In this document: positions 39,054-49,483 of the stretch, piece after piece
Numbering within the stretch: the stretch's first letter is position 1
How the letters are laid out: each line of letters starts with the position of its first letter
Source of the DNA: Myxococcota bacterium
Lineage (GTDB): Bacteria; Myxococcota_A; SURF-8; G963663525
Assembly: GCA_963676915.2 (NCBI GenBank)
Contig: CAXXVK010000053.1
Span: 64,001-128,000, forward strand
Direction of reading: 5' to 3'
Length of the DNA: 64,000 bases
Translations under genes and position numbers: made by a program
Notes under the pieces: model-generated
The model's database searches: none
What the model saw: only the letters and a program-made list of their open reading frames with translations
Told to the model about the DNA's origin: nothing

Positions 39054-39773
39054 TCAGACCATGAGTTTCAATTTGTCGATGTATGGGGGATCGTCCTGCT
39101 CGATGATGTCAAGAATCCACTGGTTGGCCCGGCGCTTCATTTCTGCGAAAATGGGGCGTTTTTTGTCGAATGTGGCGGCAAAGGCCATGGCCTGCTCCAC
39201 CGTCTCTTCCGCCGTCGGACAAGCGCGAGTGACGACATGGTGTTCTGCCAGTTCGGTCGCTCCGTAGCGTCCACCGGTGAGCATCATTTCTTCGAGCTTG
39301 TAATACGGAACCGTTTTCCGGTTGATGGCCCACATGCCGGGAAGAAACGGTATTGAAATGTTGACTTCGGGAAAACTGAAATACCCCCGGTCGGCGCGCA
39401 TGAAGCGGAAATCGCAGGCACAGGCGAAAATCGCCCCGTCGCCGAAAGCGTGCCCGTTAATCGCGGCGATGACCGGCACGGGAAACGTCAGGGCGCGCTT
39501 GAATGTCTCGTCAAGACCGTACAAAAAGCCGCGTGCCTCTTTTTGACCTTCGGGAGTGGTGACCGCCGTCATGATCCAGTTGAGATCGATTCCCAACGAC
39601 CAGCATTTCGGATCGCCGGAACGAATCACGAGAGCTTTGACATCGCTGTCGGCTTCGATCTCGTCGAACAGTTCCAGAAGCTTACCGACGAATCCCGGAT
39701 TGTGGCGATTCTCGCCCTCGTTCCAAGTCATCAACGCAGTATGATCCACTTTTTCCCAGCTCAAATTCGCCAT
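39054..39773 (-). CDS. enoyl-CoA hydratase/isomerase (crotonase family)
   Basis: WSLGIDL, PVPVIAAINGHAFGDG, CDFRFM..DRGYF.FPEV motifs. Confidence 0.9.
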   Translation of the reverse strand: MANLSWEKVDHTALMTWNEGENRHNPGFVGKLLELFDEIEADSDVKALVIRSGDPKCWSLGIDLNWIMTAVTTPEGQKEARGFLYGLDETFKRALTFPVPVIAAINGHAFGDGAIFACACDFRFMRADRGYFSFPEVNISIPFLPGMWAINRKTVPYYKLEEMMLTGGRYGATELAEHHVVTRACPTAEETVEQAMAFAATFDKKRPIFAEMKRRANQWILDIIEQDDPPYIDKLKLMV

Positions 39774-40001
39774 GACGTTTCCTTCAGGTTTAGGTCGAAG
39801 TTTTGATTTCTCTTTGTACACTCCCTTCGGTCCGGATGCAAGTCCTTGGAAAAACGTGGTATTTCGTTATATAAGAAAAGTGAATCATTTAGAATTCCTA
39901 CAAGCGACCGATTGCATAACAGTGTGCCTTGCGATTTCGTCATGGTTCGAATCATTTTTTGAACCCGAGGCAGAGAATCGTTCCGTGAACAGGATGGTCG
40001 T

Positions 40002-41150
40002 GTGGAACGTGTGAATGAACAATCGAGTCGTCCCCCTCCCGGGTCGTTTCAGGAATGCGCAGGGGAGAGGGAATCCCAAATCGCTTGCCTGCGCGGTCAT
40101 ATGCTGCACTGGATCGAGCGCGGCGGGCTGGAGGTTCCCAGCATTCCCAGTGCGCTGGCTGAAGCGATGCGCCTGGCCAACAATCCCTACTCCAGTATGC
40201 GCGAAATCGAGAAGCTGATCGAGATGGACCAAGCGGTGGCCGTTCGACTGTTGCGCTACGCCAACTCCTCGTATTTCAAGGGAATTTCGAAAATTCACTC
40301 CATCCGGGACGCCATCGTGCGTATCGGGCAACATACTTTGAGAAACCTGCTGTTCGGTCTGTTTCTGGAAACCAAAGTGTTTCGGTCGAAATCGTATCAG
40401 AATCTGGTCAACGCGCTGTGGATGCATGGTATTGGCTGTGCCGTGCTTTCCCGCTATATGGCGCCGGTTTTCGATCTCGATCCCGAGGCGGCGTTTTTAG
40501 CCGGGTTGCTGCACGATGCGGGGAAAACCGCATTGATCGGCTCGGTGGTGTCCAGCAGCGATATCCGCCCGCTTCCCTCACCGGAAGTCGTGGAAATCGC
40601 CATGGACGATCTCCACACCATGGCCGGGTTGGAAGTGGTGGAACGTTGGCAACTCCCCGAAACGATCGTCGAAGCGGTCAGCAGTCACCACAATTTCCAG
40701 GGAGCTTTGCACAACCGGCGGATGGTGGCGCTGATTCAAGCGGCGGATATTCTATCGTACAAGATCAACCTGGATTGCCTTGAAGCTCCATCCGAAGAAA
40801 CGCCCGAGGAGGATCTTCCGCTGGCGAGAACGCGAAAACTGCGGAGTTCCATCGAAATCAATTCGCACCCCGCTTTTCAGTTTTTGGGAATCGAAGAAGA
40901 GATCGTCGAAAAACTGGAGGAAGAAAAAGCCTCCCTGCAAGATAAAATGAGCAATCCGTTCCTGCAAAAAGCCCCGACACGTTCGGCACTTGTCGATTAC
41001 GGCCCGCCGGATCGGCCCACGAAAAAATCCAACGACGACACCACCAAAATGCCAACGGTCTGGCTTCAGGAATCGATACCCTGGATCGTCTTTTTTACAT
41101 TGATCACGCTATCGATGGCAATTTGGATTTTTATGTTCCAATCCAGCTAA
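40002..41150 (+). CDS. HDOD domain protein with C-terminal TM anchor
   Basis: PS.P, D..VA.RLLR.ANS, SIRDAIVRIG, W.H, AFLAGLLHDAGK, WQLP, HH; terminal hydrophobic helix; start uncertain. Confidence 0.85.
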   Translation: MERVNEQSSRPPPGSFQECAGERESQIACLRGHMLHWIERGGLEVPSIPSALAEAMRLANNPYSSMREIEKLIEMDQAVAVRLLRYANSSYFKGISKIHSIRDAIVRIGQHTLRNLLFGLFLETKVFRSKSYQNLVNALWMHGIGCAVLSRYMAPVFDLDPEAAFLAGLLHDAGKTALIGSVVSSSDIRPLPSPEVVEIAMDDLHTMAGLEVVERWQLPETIVEAVSSHHNFQGALHNRRMVALIQAADILSYKINLDCLEAPSEETPEEDLPLARTRKLRSSIEINSHPAFQFLGIEEEIVEKLEEEKASLQDKMSNPFLQKAPTRSALVDYGPPDRPTKKSNDDTTKMPTVWLQESIPWIVFFTLITLSMAIWIFMFQSS

Positions 41151-41169
41151 CCTGCTACACTTACCCAAC

Positions 41170-41330
41170 GATGGAGCAGGATTGTATCCTGGTCCAAACG
41201 TTCATGACTCCAGCATCTCGGCAGAAAATGGGTTGGGTCGGTATTGTGAGAGTTAGAAACAAACAACACGTATGACATAAAAAAAAGAACCGTTCAAAAC
41301 ATGAGGAGCAGGATACAATCCTGCTCCATC
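41170..41330. repeat. REPIN/MITE-like element, family B
   Basis: 26-bp inverted ends GATGGAGCAGGATTGTATCCTG(G/C)TCC with 1 mismatch, each self-palindromic; flanked by direct repeat CAATCCAGCTAA (41139-41150 and 41340-41351). Confidence 0.75.
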
Positions 41331-41365
41331 TAATGGCATCAATCCAGCTAAATTGCTGAATACAC

Positions 41366-42691
41366 TTACTTATTCTGCCTCATGACAAGCACCGGCAACT
41401 GGCTGTCCTCGTCGATTTTTTCGTCGATCTGCACGAATCCTTCACGCTTGTAAAACGCTATCGCCCTGGGGTTTTGCGGAAATACGCTGACATCCAACGG
41501 TCCTTTGAGTTCCCTGGCTTTTTCGATCAACTGCCGTCCCAGTCCTCGGCTCTGCCAGGCCGGGTCCACGAACAGTCCGCCGACGAAGTTGTCCAGCAAT
41601 CCGATGAATCCCCACACCTCGCCTTCACTCTCGCAGACCCAGTTTTCGGCCTTTCTAAGGTATTCTTCACGGAGACGCTGTTCTTCGTCTTGCAAGAAAT
41701 TTTCGGGCAGAAAGTAGTGGGATATCAGGCTGGCTTCGTACCAGATCCGCACGCAGGCGTCTTCGTCACGTGGTTCGAACGGGCGGATGGTCAACTCCGG
41801 CGGACCGAAAACTTCGTCGATAACCATGGAAACATAGTCCCGGTAGCTGCTGTTCGGCATGTCGAGCAGAAGTTTTAGCGCTTCGTGACGATTCAGAAAA
41901 CCCATGCGGACGGCGATTTCCTCGATGCAGCCGATTTTCAACCCCTGCCGAGCTTCCACGGCATGGATGAAATCCGCACCGTCGAGCATGCTTTCCGGGG
42001 TTCCGGTATCGATCCAGGCCACTCCCCGGCTGATGCGTTCGCAGAACAGTTCGCCCCGCCGGAGGTATTCTGAGTTGAGATCGGTGATTTCGAGTTCTCC
42101 CCGCGCCGAAGGTTCGAGGTTCCGCACGAATTCCACCGCGCGGGCATCGTAGAGATACAGTCCCGGAACTGCGTAATTCGACTTGGGTTTTTGCGGTTTT
42201 TCCTCGATGGACAACACCCGGCCATCGCGGTCGAATTCGAGCACGCCGTAGCGTTGAGGATCGAGCACCGGGTATCCGAAAATCAATGCGCCTTTGGAAA
42301 ACTCCGACACGGCGCGACGCAGGAAGTTCAATTTGCCGTAAAACACGTTGTCGCCCAATACCAGCGCCACAGGTTGGTTTTGGATGAAATCCTCGCCGAT
42401 TACCAGGGCCTGGGCGATGCCTTCGGGTTTGGGTTGAACCTTGTATTGTATTGAAATTCCAAGTTTTTTCCCGTCACCTAGCAATTCCTCGAAACGGGGA
42501 GTGTCTTCGGGGGTGGAAATCAGCAGAATGTCGCGAATCCCCGCCAGCATCAGAATCGACAACGGGTAGTAGATCAACGGTTTGTCGTACAGCGGCATGA
42601 GCTGTTTGCAGACCACACGACTCGAAGGATACAGGCGGGAACCCGATCCTCCAGCTAGAATAATGCCGCGTGTAATGGCTTCACTCGCCAT
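41366..42691 (-). CDS. rmlA: glucose-1-phosphate thymidylyltransferase fused to a C-terminal GNAT acetyltransferase
   Basis: GIILAGGSGSRLYP, KQLMPLYDKP, LGDN, EEKP..PKSN, SARGELEITD, W.DTGT; then GLFV.P.WQSRGLGRQL and N.RAI.FY.REGF. Confidence 0.9.
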   Translation of the reverse strand: MASEAITRGIILAGGSGSRLYPSSRVVCKQLMPLYDKPLIYYPLSILMLAGIRDILLISTPEDTPRFEELLGDGKKLGISIQYKVQPKPEGIAQALVIGEDFIQNQPVALVLGDNVFYGKLNFLRRAVSEFSKGALIFGYPVLDPQRYGVLEFDRDGRVLSIEEKPQKPKSNYAVPGLYLYDARAVEFVRNLEPSARGELEITDLNSEYLRRGELFCERISRGVAWIDTGTPESMLDGADFIHAVEARQGLKIGCIEEIAVRMGFLNRHEALKLLLDMPNSSYRDYVSMVIDEVFGPPELTIRPFEPRDEDACVRIWYEASLISHYFLPENFLQDEEQRLREEYLRKAENWVCESEGEVWGFIGLLDNFVGGLFVDPAWQSRGLGRQLIEKARELKGPLDVSVFPQNPRAIAFYKREGFVQIDEKIDEDSQLPVLVMRQNK

Positions 42692-42731
42692 GGAAATACT
42701 CCTGGATAATCGAAAAACCGTTGAAAAATTT

Positions 42732-42803
42732 GTGGGTCGGGTGGTTTTCACCCGACAATTTTCGAAAACTGTATTTCATGTCGGGTGAAATCACCCGACC
42801 TAC
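42732..42803. repeat. REP family A doublet (REPIN)
   Basis: GTGGGTCGGGTGGTTTTCACCCGAC, 23 nt spacer, then inverted GTCGGGTGAAATCACCCGACCTAC. Confidence 0.8.
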
Positions 42804-42809
42804 GAAAAT

Positions 42810-43418
42810 CTACTTTTTCGAAAAACTCTCCGACGAGAGTTTTTCGTACAACGCACGCAGCGCGTTTCCACGGTGACTGATTGCCGCTTTTTGCTCGGGT
42901 GACAGCTCGGCCATGGTTTTTCCCTGATGAGCCATGGGTTCGAACAGCGGATCGTAACCGAAACCGTTCGATCCCCGAACCTCATGACCCACACGACCTT
43001 CGCAACGTCCCTCGACCCACCATGGCTCCTCGGAGTCTCGACATACCGCGAGCACACAAACGAAACGAGCGGCCCGCTGGGTTGGGTCGGAAAATTGTTC
43101 CATATTTTTCAACAACTTGCGGTTGTTGGCGTCATCGTCGGAAGGTTCTCCGGCGTACCGGGCCGAGTACACTCCCGGCTCACCGTCCAAAGCATCCACC
43201 ACGAGGCCGGAGTCGTCGCCCAAGGTCGGCAGACCTGTAGCCTCATGCAATTGCACGGCTTTTTTCACGGCGTTGGCTTCGAAGGTATCGCCATCCTCGA
43301 TCACCTCGGGCAGATCCTCAAAAGCATCCAGTCCCACGAGTTCGTAACCGAGTTGGTCGAAAAGCACTTGAAAATCGCGGATCTTGCCGCGATTGCGGCT
43401 AGCGATCAACCACTTCAT
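42810..43418 (-). CDS. rdgB: non-canonical purine NTP pyrophosphatase
   Basis: ASRNRGK, NAVKKA, DDSGL.VDAL.G.PGVYSARYAG, GFGYDPLF, K..ISHRG. Confidence 0.95.
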   Translation of the reverse strand: MKWLIASRNRGKIRDFQVLFDQLGYELVGLDAFEDLPEVIEDGDTFEANAVKKAVQLHEATGLPTLGDDSGLVVDALDGEPGVYSARYAGEPSDDDANNRKLLKNMEQFSDPTQRAARFVCVLAVCRDSEEPWWVEGRCEGRVGHEVRGSNGFGYDPLFEPMAHQGKTMAELSPEQKAAISHRGNALRALYEKLSSESFSKK

Positions 43419-44130
43419 GGAACAACTCCCCAAGGGCCGCTTTCTGCGCCGCGAAAATTTCCTCGGACGCTCCCATGGCCAGGTCCGTCAGGTTCTGCAT
43501 TCTCTTGACATCGAAGGGCAGCCCTTCGGCCGTAGCCTGAACTTCCACGAGCCGCCCGCCACTGGAAAAAGCGAAATTGGTGTCGGCTTCGGCGCGGTGG
43601 TCTTCGTCGTAGCAGAGATCCAGCAACTCACGGCCTTCGACGATGCCGCAACTGATAGCTGCGATGGGAAAGCGAACGGGGATTTTCGCAATCAGCCCCA
43701 TGTTTTTCAGTTTCGCACATGCCAGCACGAGCGCCACGAATCCGCCGGTGATCGAAGCCGTACGAGTGCCGCCATCGGCCTGCAATACGTCACAATCCAC
43801 TGTGATCTGGCGTTCCCCCAGGGCTTCGAGATCCATCCCCGCCCGCAGACAACGTCCGATCAGGCGGCTGATTTCCATACTTCGGCCTTTTTTGTACTGG
43901 CTACGCCGGGTTCTTCCCAGACCGCTGCCCGGCATCATCGCGTATTCGGCGGTTACCCAGCCCGAGCCTCTTCCGGAGAGAAACGGCGGGACACGCTCTT
44001 CGACGTTCGCCGCGCAGATGACTTTGGTTTTTCCGCAGGAAATCAGTACGCTGCCGTCCGAAAATTCCTGCATGTTCGTTTCGATGCTTATCGGCCGCAA
44101 TGCATTGTCGGCCCTTTGGTCGATTCTCAT
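43399..44130 (-). CDS. rph: ribonuclease PH
   Basis: GSVL...G.TKVIC, GWVTAEYAM.P, EISRLIGR, DCDVLQADGGTRTASITG, EVQATAE; conserved rph-rdgB pairing. Confidence 0.95.
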   Translation of the reverse strand: MRIDQRADNALRPISIETNMQEFSDGSVLISCGKTKVICAANVEERVPPFLSGRGSGWVTAEYAMMPGSGLGRTRRSQYKKGRSMEISRLIGRCLRAGMDLEALGERQITVDCDVLQADGGTRTASITGGFVALVLACAKLKNMGLIAKIPVRFPIAAISCGIVEGRELLDLCYDEDHRAEADTNFAFSSGGRLVEVQATAEGLPFDVKRMQNLTDLAMGASEEIFAAQKAALGELFHEVVDR

Positions 44131-44153
44131 GATAGTCCTTTGTTTTCTATGGG

Positions 44154-45521
44154 TTACAGGTCGATTTCGTATTCCTTGATTTTGTACAAAAGCGCTCGAT
44201 GGCTGATTTCCAGCAGCTTGGCCGCTGCCGTGCGATTGCCTTTGGTCTGGGTCAGCGCTTTTCGAATCAGATCGTTTTCGATACGATATGTCGCTTTTTT
44301 GATCGAAAGTTCATCCTCGGATATCGGCAGGTTGTAGCTCGGTTTGTGCTCGGTGATAACGGCGGGCAGATCGGTGGGTGTGAGCACCTTGTCGTCCGCC
44401 AGAATCATCGCCCGTTCCAGCGTGTGTTCCAACTCGCGAATGTTGCCCGGCCAGTGGTAGTGTTCGAGCAGTTTCAATGCTTCTTCGTCCACGGAGTCGA
44501 TATCCAATCCCAACCTGGCGTTGAACCGACGAATGAAGTGGGTAACCAGCAAGGCAATGTCGCCATGGCGCTCGCGCAGCGGTGGCAGACGCACGGGCAG
44601 GACATTCAACCGGTAGAACAGATCTTCCCTAAAATCCTTGTTTTTTACCAGTTCTTCGAGCGGCTGGATGTTCGCCGTAATGATCCTCACATCGATGCTC
44701 GTACTTTTGTCCGAACCCACCCGACGGATTTCCTCTTCCTGCAAAACCCGCAGCAGTTTCACTTGGAGCGAATACGGCAGCTCGCCCACTTCGTCGAGGA
44801 ACAGCGTCCCGCCGTCGGCCTCTTTGAACAATCCCTTCCGAGAACGTACGGCGTCGGTAAACGCCCCCCGCTCGTGTCCGAACAGTTCGGATTCGATCAA
44901 ATGTTCGGGAATCGCGCCGCAGTTGAGCGGAATGAACGGTTTGTCGGCACGATCCGAAGCATGATGCAGGGCACGAGCAATCAATTCCTTACCGGTTCCG
45001 CTTTCCCCTTCGATCAGAACCGTGGATTTGAAACTGGCGATTTTGCGAACCATCTGGAAAATCGCCTGCATTTTCGTATCTTCCGACACGATGTTGGAGA
45101 AATCGTATTCCTGGTTGAGTTGACGGCGTAACTCGCGGTTTTCACGGCGCAGACGTTCCCGTTCCTGGGCTTTGCGAATGGTCAGCAGCACTTCGTCGGG
45201 ACGGAACGGCTTATTGATGTAATCGTAAGCGCCCGCCTGAATCGCCTCGATGGCGCCTTCCACCGAGCCGTAGGCGGTTATCATGATCACGGTAGAGTCG
45301 ATGCCTTCTTTCTGGAGTCGGTCGAGCAGGTCCAGACCGGTCATTTTCGGCATATTGACATCGCACAGCACGATATCGAACGACTGTTTACGCAGCAACT
45401 CCAGCCCCTCATGAGCCTGGGGGGCTGCCGTGCATTGAAAACCTTCCTTGGCAAGCACGATCGACAACATATGACGGATATTTTCCTCGTCGTCGATGAT
45501 TAAAACCGTTCCATTATCCAC
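44154..45521 (-). CDS. sigma54-dependent response regulator (NtrC family, PilR2-like)
   Basis: Receiver domain (DD, D, TAY, KP), GESGTGKEL, GAFTDA, FLDEVGE, WPGNIREL, Fis-HTH; GTG start. Confidence 0.93.
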   Translation of the reverse strand: MDNGTVLIIDDEENIRHMLSIVLAKEGFQCTAAPQAHEGLELLRKQSFDIVLCDVNMPKMTGLDLLDRLQKEGIDSTVIMITAYGSVEGAIEAIQAGAYDYINKPFRPDEVLLTIRKAQERERLRRENRELRRQLNQEYDFSNIVSEDTKMQAIFQMVRKIASFKSTVLIEGESGTGKELIARALHHASDRADKPFIPLNCGAIPEHLIESELFGHERGAFTDAVRSRKGLFKEADGGTLFLDEVGELPYSLQVKLLRVLQEEEIRRVGSDKSTSIDVRIITANIQPLEELVKNKDFREDLFYRLNVLPVRLPPLRERHGDIALLVTHFIRRFNARLGLDIDSVDEEALKLLEHYHWPGNIRELEHTLERAMILADDKVLTPTDLPAVITEHKPSYNLPISEDELSIKKATYRIENDLIRKALTQTKGNRTAAAKLLEISHRALLYKIKEYEIDL

Positions 45522-45875
45522 GGGATCCTCACTTGTTCGTTCGCTTCGTGGAGTTCTTCAGGGATTTTTGCGGCCTTGCGGGTTCGCCAGCCGTTTCCTG
45601 CATGGAGACAAGGCTACCCAATCGTAACGGCAAATACAACGACTTTTTCGGCAGGATCTCGATCTGGGGTGTGTGAATGATGTTTACACAGCAAATCATT
45701 CTACCCTTTTTTTTATTTCACGCCTCATACCTACAAATGCTTGAAGCCTTTCACCATCGTTGTTTGTTTCCGTTTCCCAAGAAAAAACGTCCACTCGGTT
45801 TGTTTTTGCAGGCTTTGGTGTATGGTGACGTAATACCTCATCATTGATGATCGATTAATCCAAGGAGTCGCATTC

Positions 45876-46193
45876 ATGGCCGATCCGAAGCAAAAACAAG
45901 GAATGAAGTTGGAAATCACGGCGGACGAGGAAACCGCCCAGGGTGTTTATTCCAATTTCGTTGTGGGCAACTTTACCGAAACCGAGATGATCCTCGATTT
46001 CCTGTTCATCCATCCTCAAACCCAGAAAGGAAAAATGCGTTCGCGGGTGATCCTTTCACCGATCCACGCCAAACGCATGTCCAAAATGCTGCAACGACAG
46101 ATTCAGGCGTTCGAGGAACGTTTCGGGGCGATTCCCGAACGGGTGCCGGTCAAAATGCCCCCACCCAACGGATCGGACGACACGCTGAACTAA
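45876..46193 (+). CDS. DUF3467 domain protein
   Basis: G.YSN......TE..LDF....SRVILSP.HAKR......YE/FE.RFG.I pattern; AGGAG RBS. Confidence 0.85.
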   Translation: MADPKQKQGMKLEITADEETAQGVYSNFVVGNFTETEMILDFLFIHPQTQKGKMRSRVILSPIHAKRMSKMLQRQIQAFEERFGAIPERVPVKMPPPNGSDDTLN

Positions 46194-46392
46194 AACCAGC
46201 AACCGTGCTGCCCATCGATTTTCCCACACTTCCTGTGCTGTTTTTGTGAAACTTTTTTAGGGGTTGTGTGCGCTTTTTCCCTTTTTTTTTGGAAAATAGG
46301 CGTTATCTTAAACGTGTTTCATCAAGGATTTCCACGTTGGGGGACGGCAACAAGCAACGGCTGTACGGCCTTTTCCCGAGCAGGAGTCGTCG

Positions 46393-47959
46393 ATGATCGC
46401 ATGGAAGCAACCTTATTCCGGCAGCGCCGGTCCTCTGGTCAGCACCAATCCCGCCACGGGTGAGCCTTTGGGCGAACTCACCACCTTTACGGCAGAGGAG
46501 GCACGGGAGGCCATCGAACGGGCACGCATCGCTCAACGCGACTGGGGAAACCGCAGCCTGAGCGACCGCATCAAAATCCTGCGTAATTTCCAATACATCC
46601 TCACGCGAACGGGCCGAAGAGGTCTGCGAGCTGATCATGCTCGAAAACGGCAAGCCGCTTCAGGAAGCGATGGTGACCGAAGTGCTGCCGGTGGTGGATC
46701 TGACGAGCTACTTTTGCAACCACGCCAAAGGCATTCTGTCCGATCGACGCATTCCGATGCACCTGATGAAGCATCGCCGCAGTCTGATCAACTACCGGCC
46801 ACGTGGCGTGATGCTGGTGATTTCTCCCTGGAATTTCCCGTTTACCATTCCCAACGGCGAGATCGTCATGGGGCTTCTGGCTGGCAATGTCATCGTACAT
46901 AAACCGGCGAGTCTCACGCCGCTGATTGCGTTGAAAACGAGAGAACTGTTCGACGAAGCCGGGCTGCCCGCCGATGTCTATCAGGTGGTTCCGACCAAAG
47001 GGTCCGTTGCTTCCGAAATGATCGAAATGGGCGTGGATTACGTCAACTTCACCGGTTCCACCGCTGTAGGGCGGCAGGTATCCGAAATCTGCGGACGGCT
47101 GTTGATTCCTTCCAGCATGGAATTGGGCGGCAAAGATCCGTTGATCGTCTGTGCGGATGCCAATCTCGAAAGCGCCGCCGGTGCGGTGGTTTGGGGTGGT
47201 CTGGCCAACGCCGGGCAGGTCTGTGCCTCGGTGGAACGGGTCTATGCCCACGAAAGCATTTACGATGCCCTGGTGCAAAAAGTCGTGGCCAAAGCCCAAG
47301 ATTTGAGAGTCGGCGACCCTGGCAAGGGAGAAATGGATGTTGGTGCCATGGTGGACCCACGGCAGCTCGATCTTGTGGAGCGCCAAGTCGAAGACGCCCT
47401 TGCCAAAGGCGCAAAAGCGCTGGTGGGCGGCAAGCGCCTGGATGGTCCCGGCAACTTCTTCCAACCCACCATTCTCGTCGATGTCACCGAGGACATGGAT
47501 GTTGTCACCGAAGAATCCTTCGGTCCTGTAGTACCGATTTTGAAAGTGTCGAGTGAACAAGAAGCCATCGAAAAGGCCAACGATTCGATTTACGGACTCA
47601 ACGCCTACGTCTATACCAGCGACCGCTACAAGGGTCAGCGCATCGCTCGCAAACTTCAGGCCGGTACGGTGATGGTCAACGAAGTACTGCTGACCCACGG
47701 TTGCCCGGAAACGCCGTGGCAGGGCTGCAAGTTGTCGGGTACCGGTCGCGTGCATTCCGATGACGGACTGCGGGACATGTGCTTCCCATTTCACATCAAC
47801 GATGATATCCTGCCTCAGCCGGAGAAAAGCCCCTTCTGGCATCCCTATTCGGACAAACTGTACCGAGGAATGCTTGCGGGACTCAAGGCGATATACGGAC
47901 GAGGCATGACGGGTCGTTGGCAAGGGGTCAAGGAACTGTTCGGCTTCAAGCAATCGTGA
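46393..47959 (+). pseudogene. aldehyde dehydrogenase, one frameshift near 46605 (probable assembly error)
   Basis: NPATGE...RAR.AQ..W in the first frame; ENGKP, ISPWNFP, FTGS, ELGGKDP, NAGQVC, EESFGP in the second. Confidence 0.88.
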
Positions 47960-47968
47960 ACCACTAAC

Positions 47969-49483
47969 ATGGAATCTTCCCCCGCCACACGGCGTTTGTC
48001 GTTATATCACTTTCTTCGTGGTGGAATGTTCGGGATCGTCCTTGGTGCAGTAACCAGAATTGTCTGGTGTGCAACGTCGATTGCTCCTAGCCATTTTTTT
48101 GGAGAATACTTACTTGCCTGTCTTATTACCCTAAAATCCATACTTATTCCTGTCGCGTTGCTACTGGCTTTCGTGCTGTCATTTTTCATTACCAGAGAAA
48201 AAAACGGCATATCGAAAAAATTGGCTCTAATTTCGGAATTGCTGGGAATAGCCCTCTTTCTCTTGGCCATTATGTCTCCACGTTTGTCCGATGTGCTCAA
48301 CCCTGTCTGTGAAACAAAAAAAAACAGACATTTCGATTTAGCGATGAACCCCAACCTGGATATGGTTTTTTCCGCTGAAAATTATCTGCCGGAATACCGT
48401 GTCACCACCAATTCCATGGGATTTCGAGATGTCGAATGGCCCGGATCGGAGGACGGCAAAAAGCGGATCATGCTGGTCGGCGATTCCTTCATTTTCGGTT
48501 CGGGAGTACAGCAGGACGAGCTTTTGGCCCGGCAATTGGAACGGGAACTGAAAGACCATCAACGAAATGTTCGGGTCTACAATGTGGGGCAACCCGGCTG
48601 GAATCTCGCGCAGGAAGTCGAGGCTATACAGTCCCTTGCGGACATTTTACACCCCGATCTGATTCTGATCTCCCACCTTCCGGGCAACGATCTGTGGCCC
48701 GTCGATCCTCTGTTCAATCATTCTATCAACAACAAATTCGACTTCGAAGCGGCGATCAATCTTCGAAAACAACAGGTCGCCCAGTGGCACGAGCGGGAAT
48801 ACGAGTTGCCCGAACTGCTCGATCCGTACCTGAGAACCCTTGAAATTCTGCGCCGTTGGGCCGAAAACCGCCCGATCGACGTTTTTCTTTACACTCATGG
48901 ACCGACCCCGTATCACCTGGAACCGGTGGAATCGTCACTCAATGTATTTGTCCGCTGTTTTCCCGACTGGCAGAATGACGAAGACAATTTTTACGTCAAC
49001 GACGGTCATCCCACCCCTCTGGGGAACCGCTTTCTGGCTGAACTTCTGGCCCCGTTCGTTATCGAACTACTGGAAGTACAAACCCTGCCACCTGACGAAG
49101 CCAAAGAAGCACGCGAGCAGTTTAAAAGTCTCTGGAAAAGCCCCTGTCTGCCCAACGTTCCCATTCTACCGGATGAAAAATGGATCATTCCCGGTGGAAA
49201 AGAAGAGGTCATCGAGGCCTTTTTCCGAAACTCCTGGGTGGAGGCGTTTCACGGTGAAATCAACCGAATCGCCATTGAAAAAACGAGGATCACCGCAACG
49301 TTGGACACTCCGATGGGACCGAGAACCGCTACCCTGGAGCACTCCTGCACTGACGATGAACGCTGCCATACCTGCACCAGGGGATGTATCTGTTTCGATA
49401 CGCTTTCCACCGCCGAAACCACGATTCTGCAACGAGCCTGTCCGTCGTTTCCGCCGAACCTCTGGATCGAAACCAAGCAGTAG
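47969..49483 (+). CDS. membrane-anchored SGNH/GDSL hydrolase-fold protein
   Basis: N-terminal TMs, TNSMGFRD, VGDSFIFG, N.G..G, GND, DGHPT..GN; Cys-rich C-terminus. Confidence 0.8.
   Translation: MESSPATRRLSLYHFLRGGMFGIVLGAVTRIVWCATSIAPSHFFGEYLLACLITLKSILIPVALLLAFVLSFFITREKNGISKKLALISELLGIALFLLAIMSPRLSDVLNPVCETKKNRHFDLAMNPNLDMVFSAENYLPEYRVTTNSMGFRDVEWPGSEDGKKRIMLVGDSFIFGSGVQQDELLARQLERELKDHQRNVRVYNVGQPGWNLAQEVEAIQSLADILHPDLILISHLPGNDLWPVDPLFNHSINNKFDFEAAINLRKQQVAQWHEREYELPELLDPYLRTLEILRRWAENRPIDVFLYTHGPTPYHLEPVESSLNVFVRCFPDWQNDEDNFYVNDGHPTPLGNRFLAELLAPFVIELLEVQTLPPDEAKEAREQFKSLWKSPCLPNVPILPDEKWIIPGGKEEVIEAFFRNSWVEAFHGEINRIAIEKTRITATLDTPMGPRTATLEHSCTDDERCHTCTRGCICFDTLSTAETTILQRACPSFPPNLWIETKQ

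Noticed and set aside
39905-39925. sigma54 promoter for the crotonase (minus strand GGCACACTGTTATGC)
   Set aside because: GG-to-GC spacing is 11 nt, not the required 10.
45671-45691. TGTGTGAA-N5-TTTACACA near-palindrome as a CRP/FNR-type site
   Set aside because: Imperfect and with the wrong spacing for TGTGA-N6-TCACA; could be chance.
46601-47953. 450-aa antisense ORF, and similar long ones at 5983-7008, 7351-8370, 22165-23211, 43384-44337 and 44199-45131
   Set aside because: Codon-mirror shadows of well-identified genes in GC-rich DNA; no motifs or RBS.
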